From positions 1 through 46,231 of the forward strand of contig CAISZI010000001.1 of the NCBI GenBank assembly GCA_903889905.1: DNA of 46,231 bases. Reading direction: 5' to 3'. This document shows, in pieces, positions 36,635-46,231 of this stretch. The notes beneath the pieces are model-generated. The model made no database searches and had not been told where the DNA came from. It saw only the letters and a program-made list of their open reading frames with translations. The position numbers and the translations under genes were made by a program. Each line of letters begins with the position of its first letter. The stretch's first letter is position 1. Origin of the DNA: Candidatus Wirthbacteria bacterium (GTDB taxonomy: Bacteria; Patescibacteriota; CG2-30-54-11).

Positions 36635-38744
36635 AATTTTGTGTTTCGGCTTGTCTTTTGGACAGGCGCAGCCGGCCCTGGGAATCGATTTCGATCAGTT
36701 TGGCTTTGACGCTGTCGCCCATTTTGACGATATCTTCGACCTTACCCACGCGGAAAGGTGCGAGTTCGGAAATGTGGATCAGTCCGTCTTTGCCACCCGG
36801 CAGTTCGACAAAGGCGCCAAAGTCCATGATGCGCACGACTTTGCCTTCGTAAATGGTGCCCACTTCAAGTTCCATGGTCAGGTTTTTGATGATCGCGAGC
36901 GCTTTGCGGACCATTTCCTGGTCCACGCCGCTCACCATTACGGTGCCGTCGTCTTCGATGTCGATTTCCACGCCGGTGTCGGCAATGATTTTGTTGATGA
37001 TTTTGCCGCCGGAGCCGATCACGTCACGGATTTTATCGGGGTTGATGGTAATGACGCTGATCTTGGGTGCATAAGGCGAAATATCAGCGCGGGGTTCGCT
37101 CAAAGTCTGTTGCATGATGTTCAGGATATGCAGGCGTCCAATACGGGCTTGCTCGAGGGCGCGGGTCATGATTTCCAGTGAGATGCCTTTGATCTTGATG
37201 TCCATTTGTAAGGCGGTGATCCCGGTATCCGTACCAGCCACTTTGAAGTCCATGTCGCCGCAGAAGTCCTCGGTGCCCTGGATGTCAGACAGAATGGCGT
37301 ATTTGTCAGCACTTTCATAAATCAGGCCCATGGCAATGCCCGCGACCGGTTTACGGATCGGGACACCCGCGTCCATCAGGCTTAGGGTGCTGCCACAAAC
37401 GGAAGCCATACTGGAGGAACCGTTCTGGGACAACACTTCGGAAACGACCATGACCGTATAGGGAAAAACTTCTTTGGAAGGGATGACAGGCTCGAGCGCG
37501 CGTTCCGCCAAGGCACCGTGGCCGATTTCACGGCGTTTCGGGCCCATCATGCGACCGGTTTCGCCGACGCTGTAGGGAGCGGCATTGTAGTGATGGATGT
37601 AGCGTTTTTTGACTTCGTCTTCGATGTTGGCGCCATCAATAATCTGAGCATCCGAGCTCGAACCAAGGGTGGTAATCGTAAGCGCCTGCGTTCCACCACG
37701 AGTAAAGAGTGCACTGCCGTGATTGGTTGTGAGCAGCCCGACTTCGCATTCGATGGTGCGAATTTCATCCAGCTTGCGGCCGTCGGCGCGCAGGGACTGG
37801 TTGAGGACGTTGCGGCGGATGTGTTTTTTGACCAAGTTAAAAATACCCTGCTCTACGGTTGAGGCATCGTTGTCGTCATCCACCAGCGCTTCGACTTCGG
37901 TTTCATACAGGTCATTGAACAGGTTTTTGGTGCGCATGTCGCCACCAATGACGCCCTTGTTCATGTTTTCGATCAAACGCTGCTCGACAATCGGGCCGAA
38001 TTTGGTTTCCAGTTCCTGGGCTTTGACGTCGGTGACTTCTTTTTGTTGAAAGGGTTTTTTCTTGACGTTGAGCTTGCCAATAAATTCGTTTTGCAAAGCG
38101 ACAATCTGTTTGATCACGGCATGGCCTTGGGCCAAAGCGTCGATCATGATGTTTTCGGAAACTTCATTGGCGCCGCATTCGACCATCATGATGGCGTCGG
38201 CGGTGCCGGCAATGTTCAGCGTCATGCTGGATTTGGTCATTTCTGTCGAGGTTGGATTGACCACTACCTGGCCATCGATATAGCCAACCGTCACACCGGC
38301 CACCGGGCCCATGAAGGGCGCGGCGGACATGCTAAGGGCGGCGGAAGCACCGATGACTGACATCATTTCGGGTTCGTTGGCAAAGTCCACACTCAAAATG
38401 GTGCTGACAATCTGGACTTCGTTGCGCGCTTCTTTGGGAAACAGCGGGCGGATCGGGCGGTCGGTGAGGCGCGCGGTGAGCACGGCCCAGTCCGAGGGGC
38501 GTCCTTCGCGTTTGACAAAGCGGCTGCCTTTGATTTTGCCGGCAGCATAAAAACGTTCCACCACTTCGACGGACAGCGGGAAATAGCTGGCTTTGGGGTC
38601 AGCTTTGTAGCGTGCCACCGAGGTGGTCAAAATGGCGGTGTTGCCGTAGCGCACCATGACGCTGCCTTCGGCCTGCAAAGCGAGCTTGCCGGTTTCGAGT
38701 GATAACGTCCGGCCGCAAATATCGGCGGATACTTTAACAATCAT
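36633..38744 (-). CDS. pnp: Polyribonucleotide nucleotidyltransferase (PNPase)
   Basis: ETGKLALQA, RLTDRPIRPLFP, HGSALFTRG, RREIGHG, NGSSSMAS, GDMDFKVAG, KH and S1 domains. Confidence 0.99.
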   Translation of the reverse strand: MIVKVSADICGRTLSLETGKLALQAEGSVMVRYGNTAILTTSVARYKADPKASYFPLSVEVVERFYAAGKIKGSRFVKREGRPSDWAVLTARLTDRPIRPLFPKEARNEVQIVSTILSVDFANEPEMMSVIGASAALSMSAAPFMGPVAGVTVGYIDGQVVVNPTSTEMTKSSMTLNIAGTADAIMMVECGANEVSENIMIDALAQGHAVIKQIVALQNEFIGKLNVKKKPFQQKEVTDVKAQELETKFGPIVEQRLIENMNKGVIGGDMRTKNLFNDLYETEVEALVDDDNDASTVEQGIFNLVKKHIRRNVLNQSLRADGRKLDEIRTIECEVGLLTTNHGSALFTRGGTQALTITTLGSSSDAQIIDGANIEDEVKKRYIHHYNAAPYSVGETGRMMGPKRREIGHGALAERALEPVIPSKEVFPYTVMVVSEVLSQNGSSSMASVCGSTLSLMDAGVPIRKPVAGIAMGLIYESADKYAILSDIQGTEDFCGDMDFKVAGTDTGITALQMDIKIKGISLEIMTRALEQARIGRLHILNIMQQTLSEPRADISPYAPKISVITINPDKIRDVIGSGGKIINKIIADTGVEIDIEDDGTVMVSGVDQEMVRKALAIIKNLTMELEVGTIYEGKVVRIMDFGAFVELPGGKDGLIHISELAPFRVGKVEDIVKMGDSVKAKLIEIDSQGRLRLSKRQAETQN

Positions 38745-38801
38745 AACTTAACCTATGGTTTGTTGATTAAACAGAGGCAGAGCAAAGCTACCGGCATGAG
38801 A

Positions 38802-39071
38802 CTACTTGCGCAGGCCCAATTTCTTGAGGATGGCTTTGTAGCGGGTGGCTTCTTTGCCCTGGAGGTACGAAAGGAGACGACGGCGCTGGCCGACGAGTTT
38901 GAGCAGACCGCGACGGGAATGTTCGTCTTTGGCGTGTTCCTTGAGGTGGGTGGTGAGCAAATTGATGCGTTCGGTGAGCAGGGCGATCTGCACGTCGGGC
39001 GAACCCGTGTCTTTGTCGTGCAAATGAAATCCACCGATGATTTTGTCCTTGGCTGCTTTTTTGAGGGCCAT
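38802..39071 (-). CDS. rpsO: 30S ribosomal protein S15
   Basis: [43 protein letters not shown]; upstream of pnp. Confidence 0.99.
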   Translation of the reverse strand: MALKKAAKDKIIGGFHLHDKDTGSPDVQIALLTERINLLTTHLKEHAKDEHSRRGLLKLVGQRRRLLSYLQGKEATRYKAILKKLGLRK

Positions 39072-39146
39072 TGCTTACTCCTTATACATGGGCGATCCAA
39101 AGTAGGCCTGACTACCTTAGAAGCCTGACTAATATAAACTTGCGGC

Positions 39147-39176
39147 ATTATAGCACAGGCCACAAACATCGGACAA
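39147..39176 (-). promoter_or_regulatory. Sigma70-type promoter for rpsO-pnp
   Basis: TTGTCC-18 bp-TATAAT with an extended TG (TGCTATAAT). Confidence 0.65.
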
Positions 39177-39510
39177 GCGTAAAAATCAGATTGGATAAGG
39201 ATGAGATCCGGTCAGCGGCAGCAAGAGTTTATCCTTTACCGTTCAAAGATGAGTATTTTGCTTATATCTAAACAGATTAAACAATTGCTTTGTTTCGCTT
39301 GAATTAATATTTAAAAGATGATAGTGTCATTGAAGGTTAAGCCTTCCAGAAACCAATTAAAATATAGACTAAAATTAAGCTTAGCTTTAATAAAATATAG
39401 TAAATCGGCTTAAAACACGAATTAAATACAGAAACAGGCAAGCAGAAAAAATGAGCCCTAAAAATTGGTTTCCGTTATCCCATTGTTGGTTGTGTTTATT
39501 AACATAGTTG

Positions 39511-39551
39511 GTCCTTTGTCCCTAAAAATGGGCAAAGGGCTTTTTTATTTT
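39511..39551 (+). terminator. Intrinsic terminator in the 5' leader of the giant surface-protein gene
   Basis: 11-bp stem GTCCTTTGTCC/GGGCAAAGGGC (two G-U pairs) then TTTTTTATTTT, ending about 5 nt before the AAGGAG RBS. Confidence 0.75.
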
Positions 39552-39571
39552 CATCAAGGAGAATCGCGACG

Positions 39572-42500
39572 ATGGTCCAATTTGCCAAACAATTAGCGAA
39601 ATCGTGGCAGGTTAAGCCTCGGACGATACGCAATTTAAAAAGGACTTGGGCGATGGTCACCATCGTCTGCATGCTGCAGTGGGCCTGGGGAGCACCCTTG
39701 AGTTTGTTGCTGCCGGGAAAAGCCTATGCTAATCCGCTAACCGGAGTCACCTATGACCTTTCGGGGGCGACGGTCGGCTCTTATGTTCCTGCGAGTACGG
39801 CGATTGGACATTTTACGCCGGCGACACTGGTCACTGCCGGCAGTACGATTATATTTACATTTCCTGCGGGAACAGATTTGAACAACGGTGGTGGGATTAC
39901 TATAGCGTCTGATTTTGAAATTGAAGAAAGTGGAGCCGCTTGGACTGCGCCGACTATTCTTTCGATCGATGCCCCCAACCGTACCCTTACTTTTACGATA
40001 GACGCTGCATCGCTAAATGGTGGTGCGGGTGTGATTACCGTTAAAACGTCTGCCACAGCAGGGGGAAATGAAATTCGCCATCCAACCGCAGCAACGACAA
40101 CCGGTGCTTTTAGTGTAGACACGATGGGAGAGACTGACACTATTAATAATGTAACTTTTGTCGCAGGTGCTGCCAACTACCTGGGGATTGCCGCGACGGC
40201 CACCATGACGGCCGGTGATGTCAACGTCGCCACAGTGACGGCGCACGACCAGTATGGCAATACCGCCACCAGCTATGGCGGCGATCAGACCCTGGTATTT
40301 TCCGGGGCTAGTGGTTCTCCTTCGCCTGTGATTTATCCCTCAGCGCAGAACAAACTCAGCCGCAACATGCGTTTTGGTCTGAATACCGTCATCACCTTTA
40401 CCGCCGGTGTCGCGACCACAGCGCTGCGTCTCTATAATGAAGAAGCAGCGATCGTGCACATTGTCGCCGGGGGCATCAGTTCGACCGGGCATGACTTTAC
40501 GATTACCGTGAATCCTGACGTGGAATACAAATTGATGTGGGGCACCTCTCCAACGACACCGCGTACTGCTGGCCAGGTCTGGCCGACATTTACGGTCAAG
40601 GTCACGGACCAGTTTGGTAACCGGACCGACGATACAGATATGGTGACGATCGCTGTCGATGGTGGCCATCCTTTTGTTGCACCGGTTGCCACCGCGCACG
40701 GGGCGGTCAATGGTTTGGCCACTTTTACGACAGCTGATAACCTGGTGGTGAATTATTCTGAAACCGGCTCTCCTTATTATAGCTGGGCTTATGTGACCGC
40801 GAGTGCCGAAGGTCTGGTTTCGACCAATGCGAACGTGCTCATGTATCCGGCGGAATTGGCCAGTCTTTCTGCTTCTCCTGCTGGTCCGCTCACTTTGGCG
40901 GCAGGTGCTGCACAATCGTTTGCCGTGACCGGTTTGGATACTTATAACAACGCCACGGGTAACATTACGTCTTCGTCAACCTTTGCCATTGTCGGCGCAG
41001 GGTCTGGATGCACCTGGGGTGGAAGTTACAGTGCCACCTGCACGGCGCACACGATCGGCGACTGGACAATCCGTGCTTCCAATTCAGGGCTTCATCAAGA
41101 CATTTCGTTGCACGTCAATCCCGGCACTCCCACCAAATATCAGATTGTTGATCCTACTGACGGAACCGTGGATGCTTCGATCACGGTGCGTATCAATCTG
41201 CTGGATGCGGCTGACAATATTGTCAATGGCAATACCGAACAAATTCGACTCAATACAACGGGTGCAGCCACCGGCGGCGGTGTCGTGACGATGTCACATG
41301 GCGGTTGGGGTACGATTGATATCACCGACCACACGCCCCAGACCGTCAACTTGTCGTTACAAATGGTGGGTGGACAGCCCGCCCGGGACACGTCATCAAC
41401 TCAGAATATGATTTTTGACTTGGGCGCGCCTTCGCAGTTGATTTTTAGCACTGAGCCTTCGGGTACGGTGGTCGCGGGGGTGCCTTTGGCGACACAGCCA
41501 GAGGTCACGATCAAAGACCAGTTTGGGCATGTCCGGACTGCGGATACAACCACCATTACTTTGACAGCCTATACGGACGAGACTTGTGAAACTCCGGCCA
41601 GCGGTACTTTGGCCGGTACGGATACCGAGGCCGCCGTGGCAGGCGTGGCAAACTTTGTCGGCAATGGCGTGAATTATCACAAGGCGGAGACGATTTACCT
41701 CAAAGCCAGTGATGGAACCAATACCAAATGTTCGACCGCGATTGTGGTGAGCCCGGCTGCAACGCATCACTTTACGCTTACTGCCCCGGCCAACATCAAT
41801 GCCGGAGGCACGCGTGCCGCGTATACAGTGACTCGTTATGACGCGTTTGATAACCTGGTTATCAGCGGGGACCAGACCGTCTATCTGTATACGGATTCAA
41901 CCGGATTAAATGCCGCTTTTTACAATCAAGCCAATAATGGCAGTACTGAAACACAAGTTACGATTGCGGGCGGAACATCGGCCAAGAATTTCTGGTATTA
42001 TGATGAAAAAGCCGGCGACTGGACGATTGCCGCTTCCGACGCGACCCCCGCCGCGGATGGAGCAACCGGGATTGCGGATGCCACCGATGCTTTGAGTGTC
42101 CTTGCCCCAAGCATTGTCTCAATCACATCGGATGCAACCGGTGCCGGGACCCTCAAAATCACACAATTCATTCACTTTGAACTAACCCCCAACCACGCCG
42201 TGACTGGCGAGGGTTCGCATGTGACGGGCTCTTATAATGGCCAGGTGCTGGTTTGGTCAACTACCGATAGTGGTGCCCATTACACGGCGACCTATACCGT
42301 GACCGAAAGCGATAGCGATCAAACGTCTCCCTTGCAGATTTCCGGCGTCACCGTTACCGACACCTACAACAACACGAGTGCCACTGCGGGTGGATCGGAT
42401 ATCGTCAAGCACATTGACGCCACCCGGCCGACCATCTCCAATGTGGTCATCCACGATTACTTCGGCTGGACCAATGCTTCCCTGGCGACATCGGGCTGGA

Positions 42501-45500
42501 ATATCGACGTGACAACAACCGGTGTTGAAAACGGCCAGACTGTTACCTGTTATATTACCGATCCAGCGGAACATTCTGTCGGTCCCGTTAGCGGTCTGAT
42601 AAACAGTAACGCCACCACGATTGCTTCCGGCGCTCTCACTTCATTGAATGATGGGACGATTACTTTGAGCTGTCTGGTTGCTGACGTTGCAGGCAACCAG
42701 GTATCGACTCCTAGTTCAAATGTTTCTACTAAAGACGTCATCGCGCCCAGCCAGCCAGCTGATGGCGACATTATACCAAACCTGGGCTCCACCGAGATCA
42801 TTTCACCCGCCAATGAAGACACCCAAACCATCACCGGCACAGTCGAGCCCGGCGTCACGGTTGAAATCGTGGTCGATGGGACGCCAACCGGAGTTACTGC
42901 AACTGCTGATGAAGACGGCTCGTTTACCTTTACGGCAGGTGCCGAGGGCGACTTGGGAACGGCGGGATTGGTTGGAGCAGATTATGATGAAAAAGCGGTA
43001 ACTTTCACCATTACGGATCCAGCGGGTAATCCTACCACCACCAATCATGCCATTACCTTTACCAAAGATTTCACGCCGCCCGTGCTGACGTCGATTGCGA
43101 TCGCCAAAACCAATGGTTATACCACGACGACGACGCCTTCGATTACCTTCACTGTCGATGAAGATGCCGCGGATATGGCTTTTAGTTGCGATGCCGGTAC
43201 ACATTGGAGTAATTGGATTGTCATGGCATCCCCGACCACAGCCTTTAACATCACCAACGGAGCTACGGGTTGTACTGCAACCAATGATTCCAAAACGATC
43301 ACGGCCAAAGTGCGAGACAGTTTTCACAACGAATCGACAACGGTTTCCGATACGGTCAGTTATGACAATGTCAAACCAGCAGTTGCTTCCATTGTCTCCA
43401 ATCCCAACCCGGCCAAAGCCGGCAGCGTAGCAGTAACCGTTACCTTGACAGAAGCAACGTCGGGTATTGATACCTCCGTTGCCCCGGTAGTGGCCTTGCA
43501 GGACAGCGGCGATCACGCGGTTGCGGCTGTTGCCGATGGCAGCCATACGAATGGGTATCGCAATGGCAACCATTTGATCTGGGACGGCACGATCAACGTC
43601 ACGGGACGAACCGACGGAACGCTCAATTACAAAGTTTCGGCTGCCGCGGATCTGGCGGGTAATGTCATGAACGAAAATGACAGCGCCGGCAGCGTGGTTG
43701 TTGACCAGATTGGACCAACCTATACCGTCAATAACGGGATAGAAGAAGGCCCGGTCCAAAGCGATACGATCAACATTACCGTGGATGATGCCACTTCTGG
43801 CGTGAACACGGAGACCGTTGCATACGCTTTCAGCGCCGAAACGGGAGCCTGCAGCGGGCTTGAATACGGCACTGCCTTCACTTCGGGCGACGGTTTTGAC
43901 ATTGCTGATAACCACACCGACTTCCTTTGCGTCAAAGCGACCGATATGGCCGGCAATACGACCTATCATGAAGTTGGACAGCTCAACACCGACAACACGC
44001 CGCCGACCTTGACTTCGATTGCGATTACCGACCACAGTGGGTATACCAACGACAGCACCCCAGCCATTACCATTGTTTCTGCTGGCAGCCCGGCCGAAAT
44101 GTCCTTTAGTTGCAACGGTGGAGACAACTGGAGTGAATGGATCAGTTATGCCAGCCCGACCAGCGCTTTTGATTTAACCAGTGGAGCGACGGGTTGCACA
44201 GCTACCAATGAACTCAAAACCATTACAGCCAGATTGCGTGACACAGCGGGAAATATTTCGGGTACGGCGAATGACGCGACTCATTATGACAATGTGCCGC
44301 CGACTGGAACGGTAGAAGCTAGCGTACAGGTTCTTACCGAAGCCGGTTTGATACAAACCGTCACGGTTACTTATGACGAACCCATGGAGAGCACTTCGGC
44401 ACCAACCATTACTTTTGGCACCACTACAGGTATCTGGACTCCCGGCGTGGGAGCCTGGAATGGCGGCCCCAGCAAAACCGTCTGGACACAGACTTTTACA
44501 CTGTCTGATGCCAATGAAGAAAGAGCCAGCGTGTCGGTAAGCAGTTCAGGTGCCACGGATGTGGCTACTAACAGTGAAGGCACCAGCGTTGGGGATACGT
44601 TTGCGATTGATACGCTTGCCCCGACTTTACCAGTAAGTGGTATTGTGGGAACAACCATTCAAGGCGCTGCGGATACGATTACCCTTAACTTCAGTGAACC
44701 CGTTAAACCGGCAGATGGCACCTGGTCAGCGAACGAGTTCAGCGCCATCGCGAGCCCGGATGGCACGGCCAAGACCCTGGTTGGGGCGACGTTTAATCCT
44801 TCGTCCGGGGCTTCCCCGACATCAACCTTGATCATTACCCTGGCCGAAAACAGCACCAATGCCCAGACCTATCTGATTAATGGCAATGCGGTTGCAGTAA
44901 CGCCAACGAGCACGGCGATCACGGATGCGGTTGGGAATTACCTGGGTAATGGGAAAGTCGTCAGTTCCGCTACCAATACGGGGGATGTTGTCCATCCAAC
45001 TGTGACTCTAAGTTACAGCCCTGACCGCTATGTGAACCAAGGCGATTCGATCGCCATTACCGCCACCTTCTCCGAAGCGATTGCCTTGACGCCCCAAATT
45101 GCCATTGCTACTCAGGGAAATGGCAGCTTGTCCGCCACCAATATGGTCCGCACTTCAGCTACTGTCTGGACTTACAACTGGATTGCGCCGAGCGGGAATA
45201 ATAATGAAGGCACGGCGACAATTACCATTACCGGGAATGACCTGGCGGGCAATACGATCGGCACGCACAACAACAATACGCGACGTATCGATACTTATCC
45301 GCCCGTGGTGGACAGCTTTACGGTCAGCAACATTACCCAGACCGGAGCTGTTCTGCATGTCACGACCAATGAAAATGCGACCTGCCGTTATGCCGCAACC
45401 GACACCGATTATGCCAGCATGACGCTGATGGATACGACTGGAAACGTGACCACCCACGCCAATTCCTTAAGCGGTTTGTCGTACGGAACGCCCTATAATT

Positions 45501-46231
45501 ATTATGTCCGTTGCACTGACAGCTACAACATTATGGGTAGTTCGGCGCATGTCTTCTTTGCCACGCCGAGTGAGAATTCCGCTCCCCCACAACCCGTGAT
45601 TACCACCGCTGCCACAACCGTGAACGCCCCTTCTATTATCATCGCAGGCACTGCGGGTGCCGATACCCCTGTGGATACCGACCGTCTGATTAGACTCTAT
45701 GACGGTGGCGTCCAGGTCGGACTCTGGAGCCTGCAAGCCGGTCAAACCTCTTGGTCTATCACCGTTTCACTCAATCAAGATGCAGCCAATAGTTTTACAG
45801 CCACATCCACTGACGCGGCGGGCAATACAAGCTCAACCAGCGATGCGGTGGTGATCACCGAAGACAGCACTGCCCCGGTGATTGCAGCGCATGCGACAGT
45901 CACAGTAGAAGCGACGACAGCGGCAGGAGCCACGGTCACCTATACAGCACCCACTGCCACCGACAATGTGGATAGTACCGCAGCAGCAACCTGTTTGCCA
46001 GCATCGGGAACAGTGTTTGCGCTGGGAACGACACAAGTCACTTGTAATAAGACCGATACAGCAGGAAATCCAGCAACCGCAACGCACTTTAATGTCGTTG
46101 TTCACGACACAACCGCCCCAGTCATCGCATCACATTCAAATATAACCGGCGTTGAAGCTACCTCATCTTCTGGAGCCACAGTCACCTATACCGCCCCCGA
46201 TGCCACTGACAATGTAGACAGTACCGCAGCA
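39572..46231 (+). CDS. Giant secreted Ig-like/HYR-repeat surface protein (adhesin-like), 3'-truncated by the window, at least 2220 aa
   Basis: AAGGAG RBS, then ATG 39572: MVQFAKQ...MVTIVCMLQWAWGAPLSLLLPGKAYA/NPL (signal-like). Thr/Ala/Gly/Asp-rich with recurring D..GN and DT.AP motifs. The same frame ends in HYR-like DSTAPVI...ATVTYTAPTATDNVD...TC...SGTVF.LGTT.VTC...D.AGN. The ORF track lists nothing in this frame, consistent with no internal stop. Confidence 0.9.
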   Translation, partial: MVQFAKQLAKSWQVKPRTIRNLKRTWAMVTIVCMLQWAWGAPLSLLLPGKAYANPLTGVTYDLSGATVGSYVPASTAIGHFTPATLVTAGSTIIFTFPAGTDLNNGGGITIASDFEIEESGAAWTAPTILSIDAPNRTLTFTIDAASLNGGAGVITVKTSATAGGNEIRHPTAATTTGAFSVDTMGETDTINNVTFVAGAANYLGIAATATMTAGDVNVATVTAHDQYGNTATSYGGDQTLVFSGASGSPSPVIYPSAQNKLSRNMRFGLNTVITFTAGVATTALRLYNEEAAIVHIVAGGISSTGHDFTITVNPDVEYKLMWGTSPTTPRTAGQVWPTFTVKVTDQFGNRTDDTDMVTIAVDGGHPFVAPVATAHGAVNGLATFTTADNLVVNYSETGSPYYSWAYVTASAEGLVSTNANVLMYPAELASLSASPAGPLTLAAGAAQSFAVTGLDTYNNATGNITSSSTFAIVGAGSGCTWGGSYSATCTAHTIGDWTIRASNSGLHQDISLHVNPGTPTKYQIVDPTDGTVDASITVRINLLDAADNIVNGNTEQIRLNTTGAATGGGVVTMSHGGWGTIDITDHTPQTVNLSLQMVGGQPARDTSSTQNMIFDLGAPSQLIFSTEPSGTVVAGVPLATQPEVTIKDQFGHVRTADTTTITLTAYTDETCETPASGTLAGTDTEAAVAGVANFVGNGVNYHKAETIYLKASDGTNTKCSTAIVVSPAATHHFTLTAPANINAGGTRAAYTVTRYDAFDNLVISGDQTVYLYTDSTGLNAAFYNQANNGSTETQVTIAGGTSAKNFWYYDEKAGDWTIAASDATPAADGATGIADATDALSVLAPSIVSITSDATGAGTLKITQFIHFELTPNHAVTGEGSHVTGSYNGQVLVWSTTDSGAHYTATYTVTESDSDQTSPLQISGVTVTDTYNNTSATAGGSDIVKHIDATRPTISNVVIHDYFGWTNASLATSGWNIDVTTTGVENGQTVTCYITDPAEHSVGPVSGLINSNATTIASGALTSLNDGTITLSCLVADVAGNQVSTPSSNVSTKDVIAPSQPADGDIIPNLGSTEIISPANEDTQTITGTVEPGVTVEIVVDGTPTGVTATADEDGSFTFTAGAEGDLGTAGLVGADYDEKAVTFTITDPAGNPTTTNHAITFTKDFTPPVLTSIAIAKTNGYTTTTTPSITFTVDEDAADMAFSCDAGTHWSNWIVMASPTTAFNITNGATGCTATNDSKTITAKVRDSFHNESTTVSDTVSYDNVKPAVASIVSNPNPAKAGSVAVTVTLTEATSGIDTSVAPVVALQDSGDHAVAAVADGSHTNGYRNGNHLIWDGTINVTGRTDGTLNYKVSAAADLAGNVMNENDSAGSVVVDQIGPTYTVNNGIEEGPVQSDTINITVDDATSGVNTETVAYAFSAETGACSGLEYGTAFTSGDGFDIADNHTDFLCVKATDMAGNTTYHEVGQLNTDNTPPTLTSIAITDHSGYTNDSTPAITIVSAGSPAEMSFSCNGGDNWSEWISYASPTSAFDLTSGATGCTATNELKTITARLRDTAGNISGTANDATHYDNVPPTGTVEASVQVLTEAGLIQTVTVTYDEPMESTSAPTITFGTTTGIWTPGVGAWNGGPSKTVWTQTFTLSDANEERASVSVSSSGATDVATNSEGTSVGDTFAIDTLAPTLPVSGIVGTTIQGAADTITLNFSEPVKPADGTWSANEFSAIASPDGTAKTLVGATFNPSSGASPTSTLIITLAENSTNAQTYLINGNAVAVTPTSTAITDAVGNYLGNGKVVSSATNTGDVVHPTVTLSYSPDRYVNQGDSIAITATFSEAIALTPQIAIATQGNGSLSATNMVRTSATVWTYNWIAPSGNNNEGTATITITGNDLAGNTIGTHNNNTRRIDTYPPVVDSFTVSNITQTGAVLHVTTNENATCRYAATDTDYASMTLMDTTGNVTTHANSLSGLSYGTPYNYYVRCTDSYNIMGSSAHVFFATPSENSAPPQPVITTAATTVNAPSIIIAGTAGADTPVDTDRLIRLYDGGVQVGLWSLQAGQTSWSITVSLNQDAANSFTATSTDAAGNTSSTSDAVVITEDSTAPVIAAHATVTVEATTAAGATVTYTAPTATDNVDSTAAATCLPASGTVFALGTTQVTCNKTDTAGNPATATHFNVVVHDTTAPVIASHSNITGVEATSSSGATVTYTAPDATDNVDSTAA

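Noticed and set aside
39781-46105. Many short ORFs and a 410-aa minus-strand ORF in the right-hand 6.5 kb
   Set aside because: All overlap the single giant frame +2 gene; they are alternative-frame artefacts.
1-46231. Alternative genetic code 25 (TGA as Gly)
   Set aside because: TGA ends prgI and rnj at expected positions, and conserved genes are uninterrupted under code 11.

Overview
Bacterial chromosomal segment around the replication origin, most consistent with a Patescibacteria/CPR genome (inferred from gene content; genetic code 11, since TGA ends several genes). 1-9911 (+): a T4SS-like cluster with a large hypothetical protein, PrgI, a TraC/VirB4-associated protein, a VirB4-like ATPase, an SLT+CHAP cell-wall hydrolase and an Ig-like membrane protein. 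It converges on dnaA-dnaN-recF-dciA (-), which has a recognisable oriC unwinding module between dnaA and dnaN. 14.5-39 kb (almost all -): a 6xPA14-SpoIID protein, rplY, a zinc-ribbon/receiver/PH/SPFH cluster, NUDIX, yraN, an exonuclease, a candidate structured RNA, glf, galE, rnhB, rplS, a nusB-nucleotidyltransferase fusion, ftsK, rnj, a protease-less Lon-type AAA+ protein, a zinc-ribbon membrane protein, pnp and rpsO. From 39572 a giant secreted Ig/HYR-repeat protein (at least 2220 codons) runs off the right edge; it is absent from the ORF track and is preceded by a leader containing a terminator. Several palindromic REP/MITE-like elements occupy intergenic spaces. No CRISPR array, tRNA, rRNA, integrase or transposase was seen. 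All calls come from motif recognition by eye; no searches were run.
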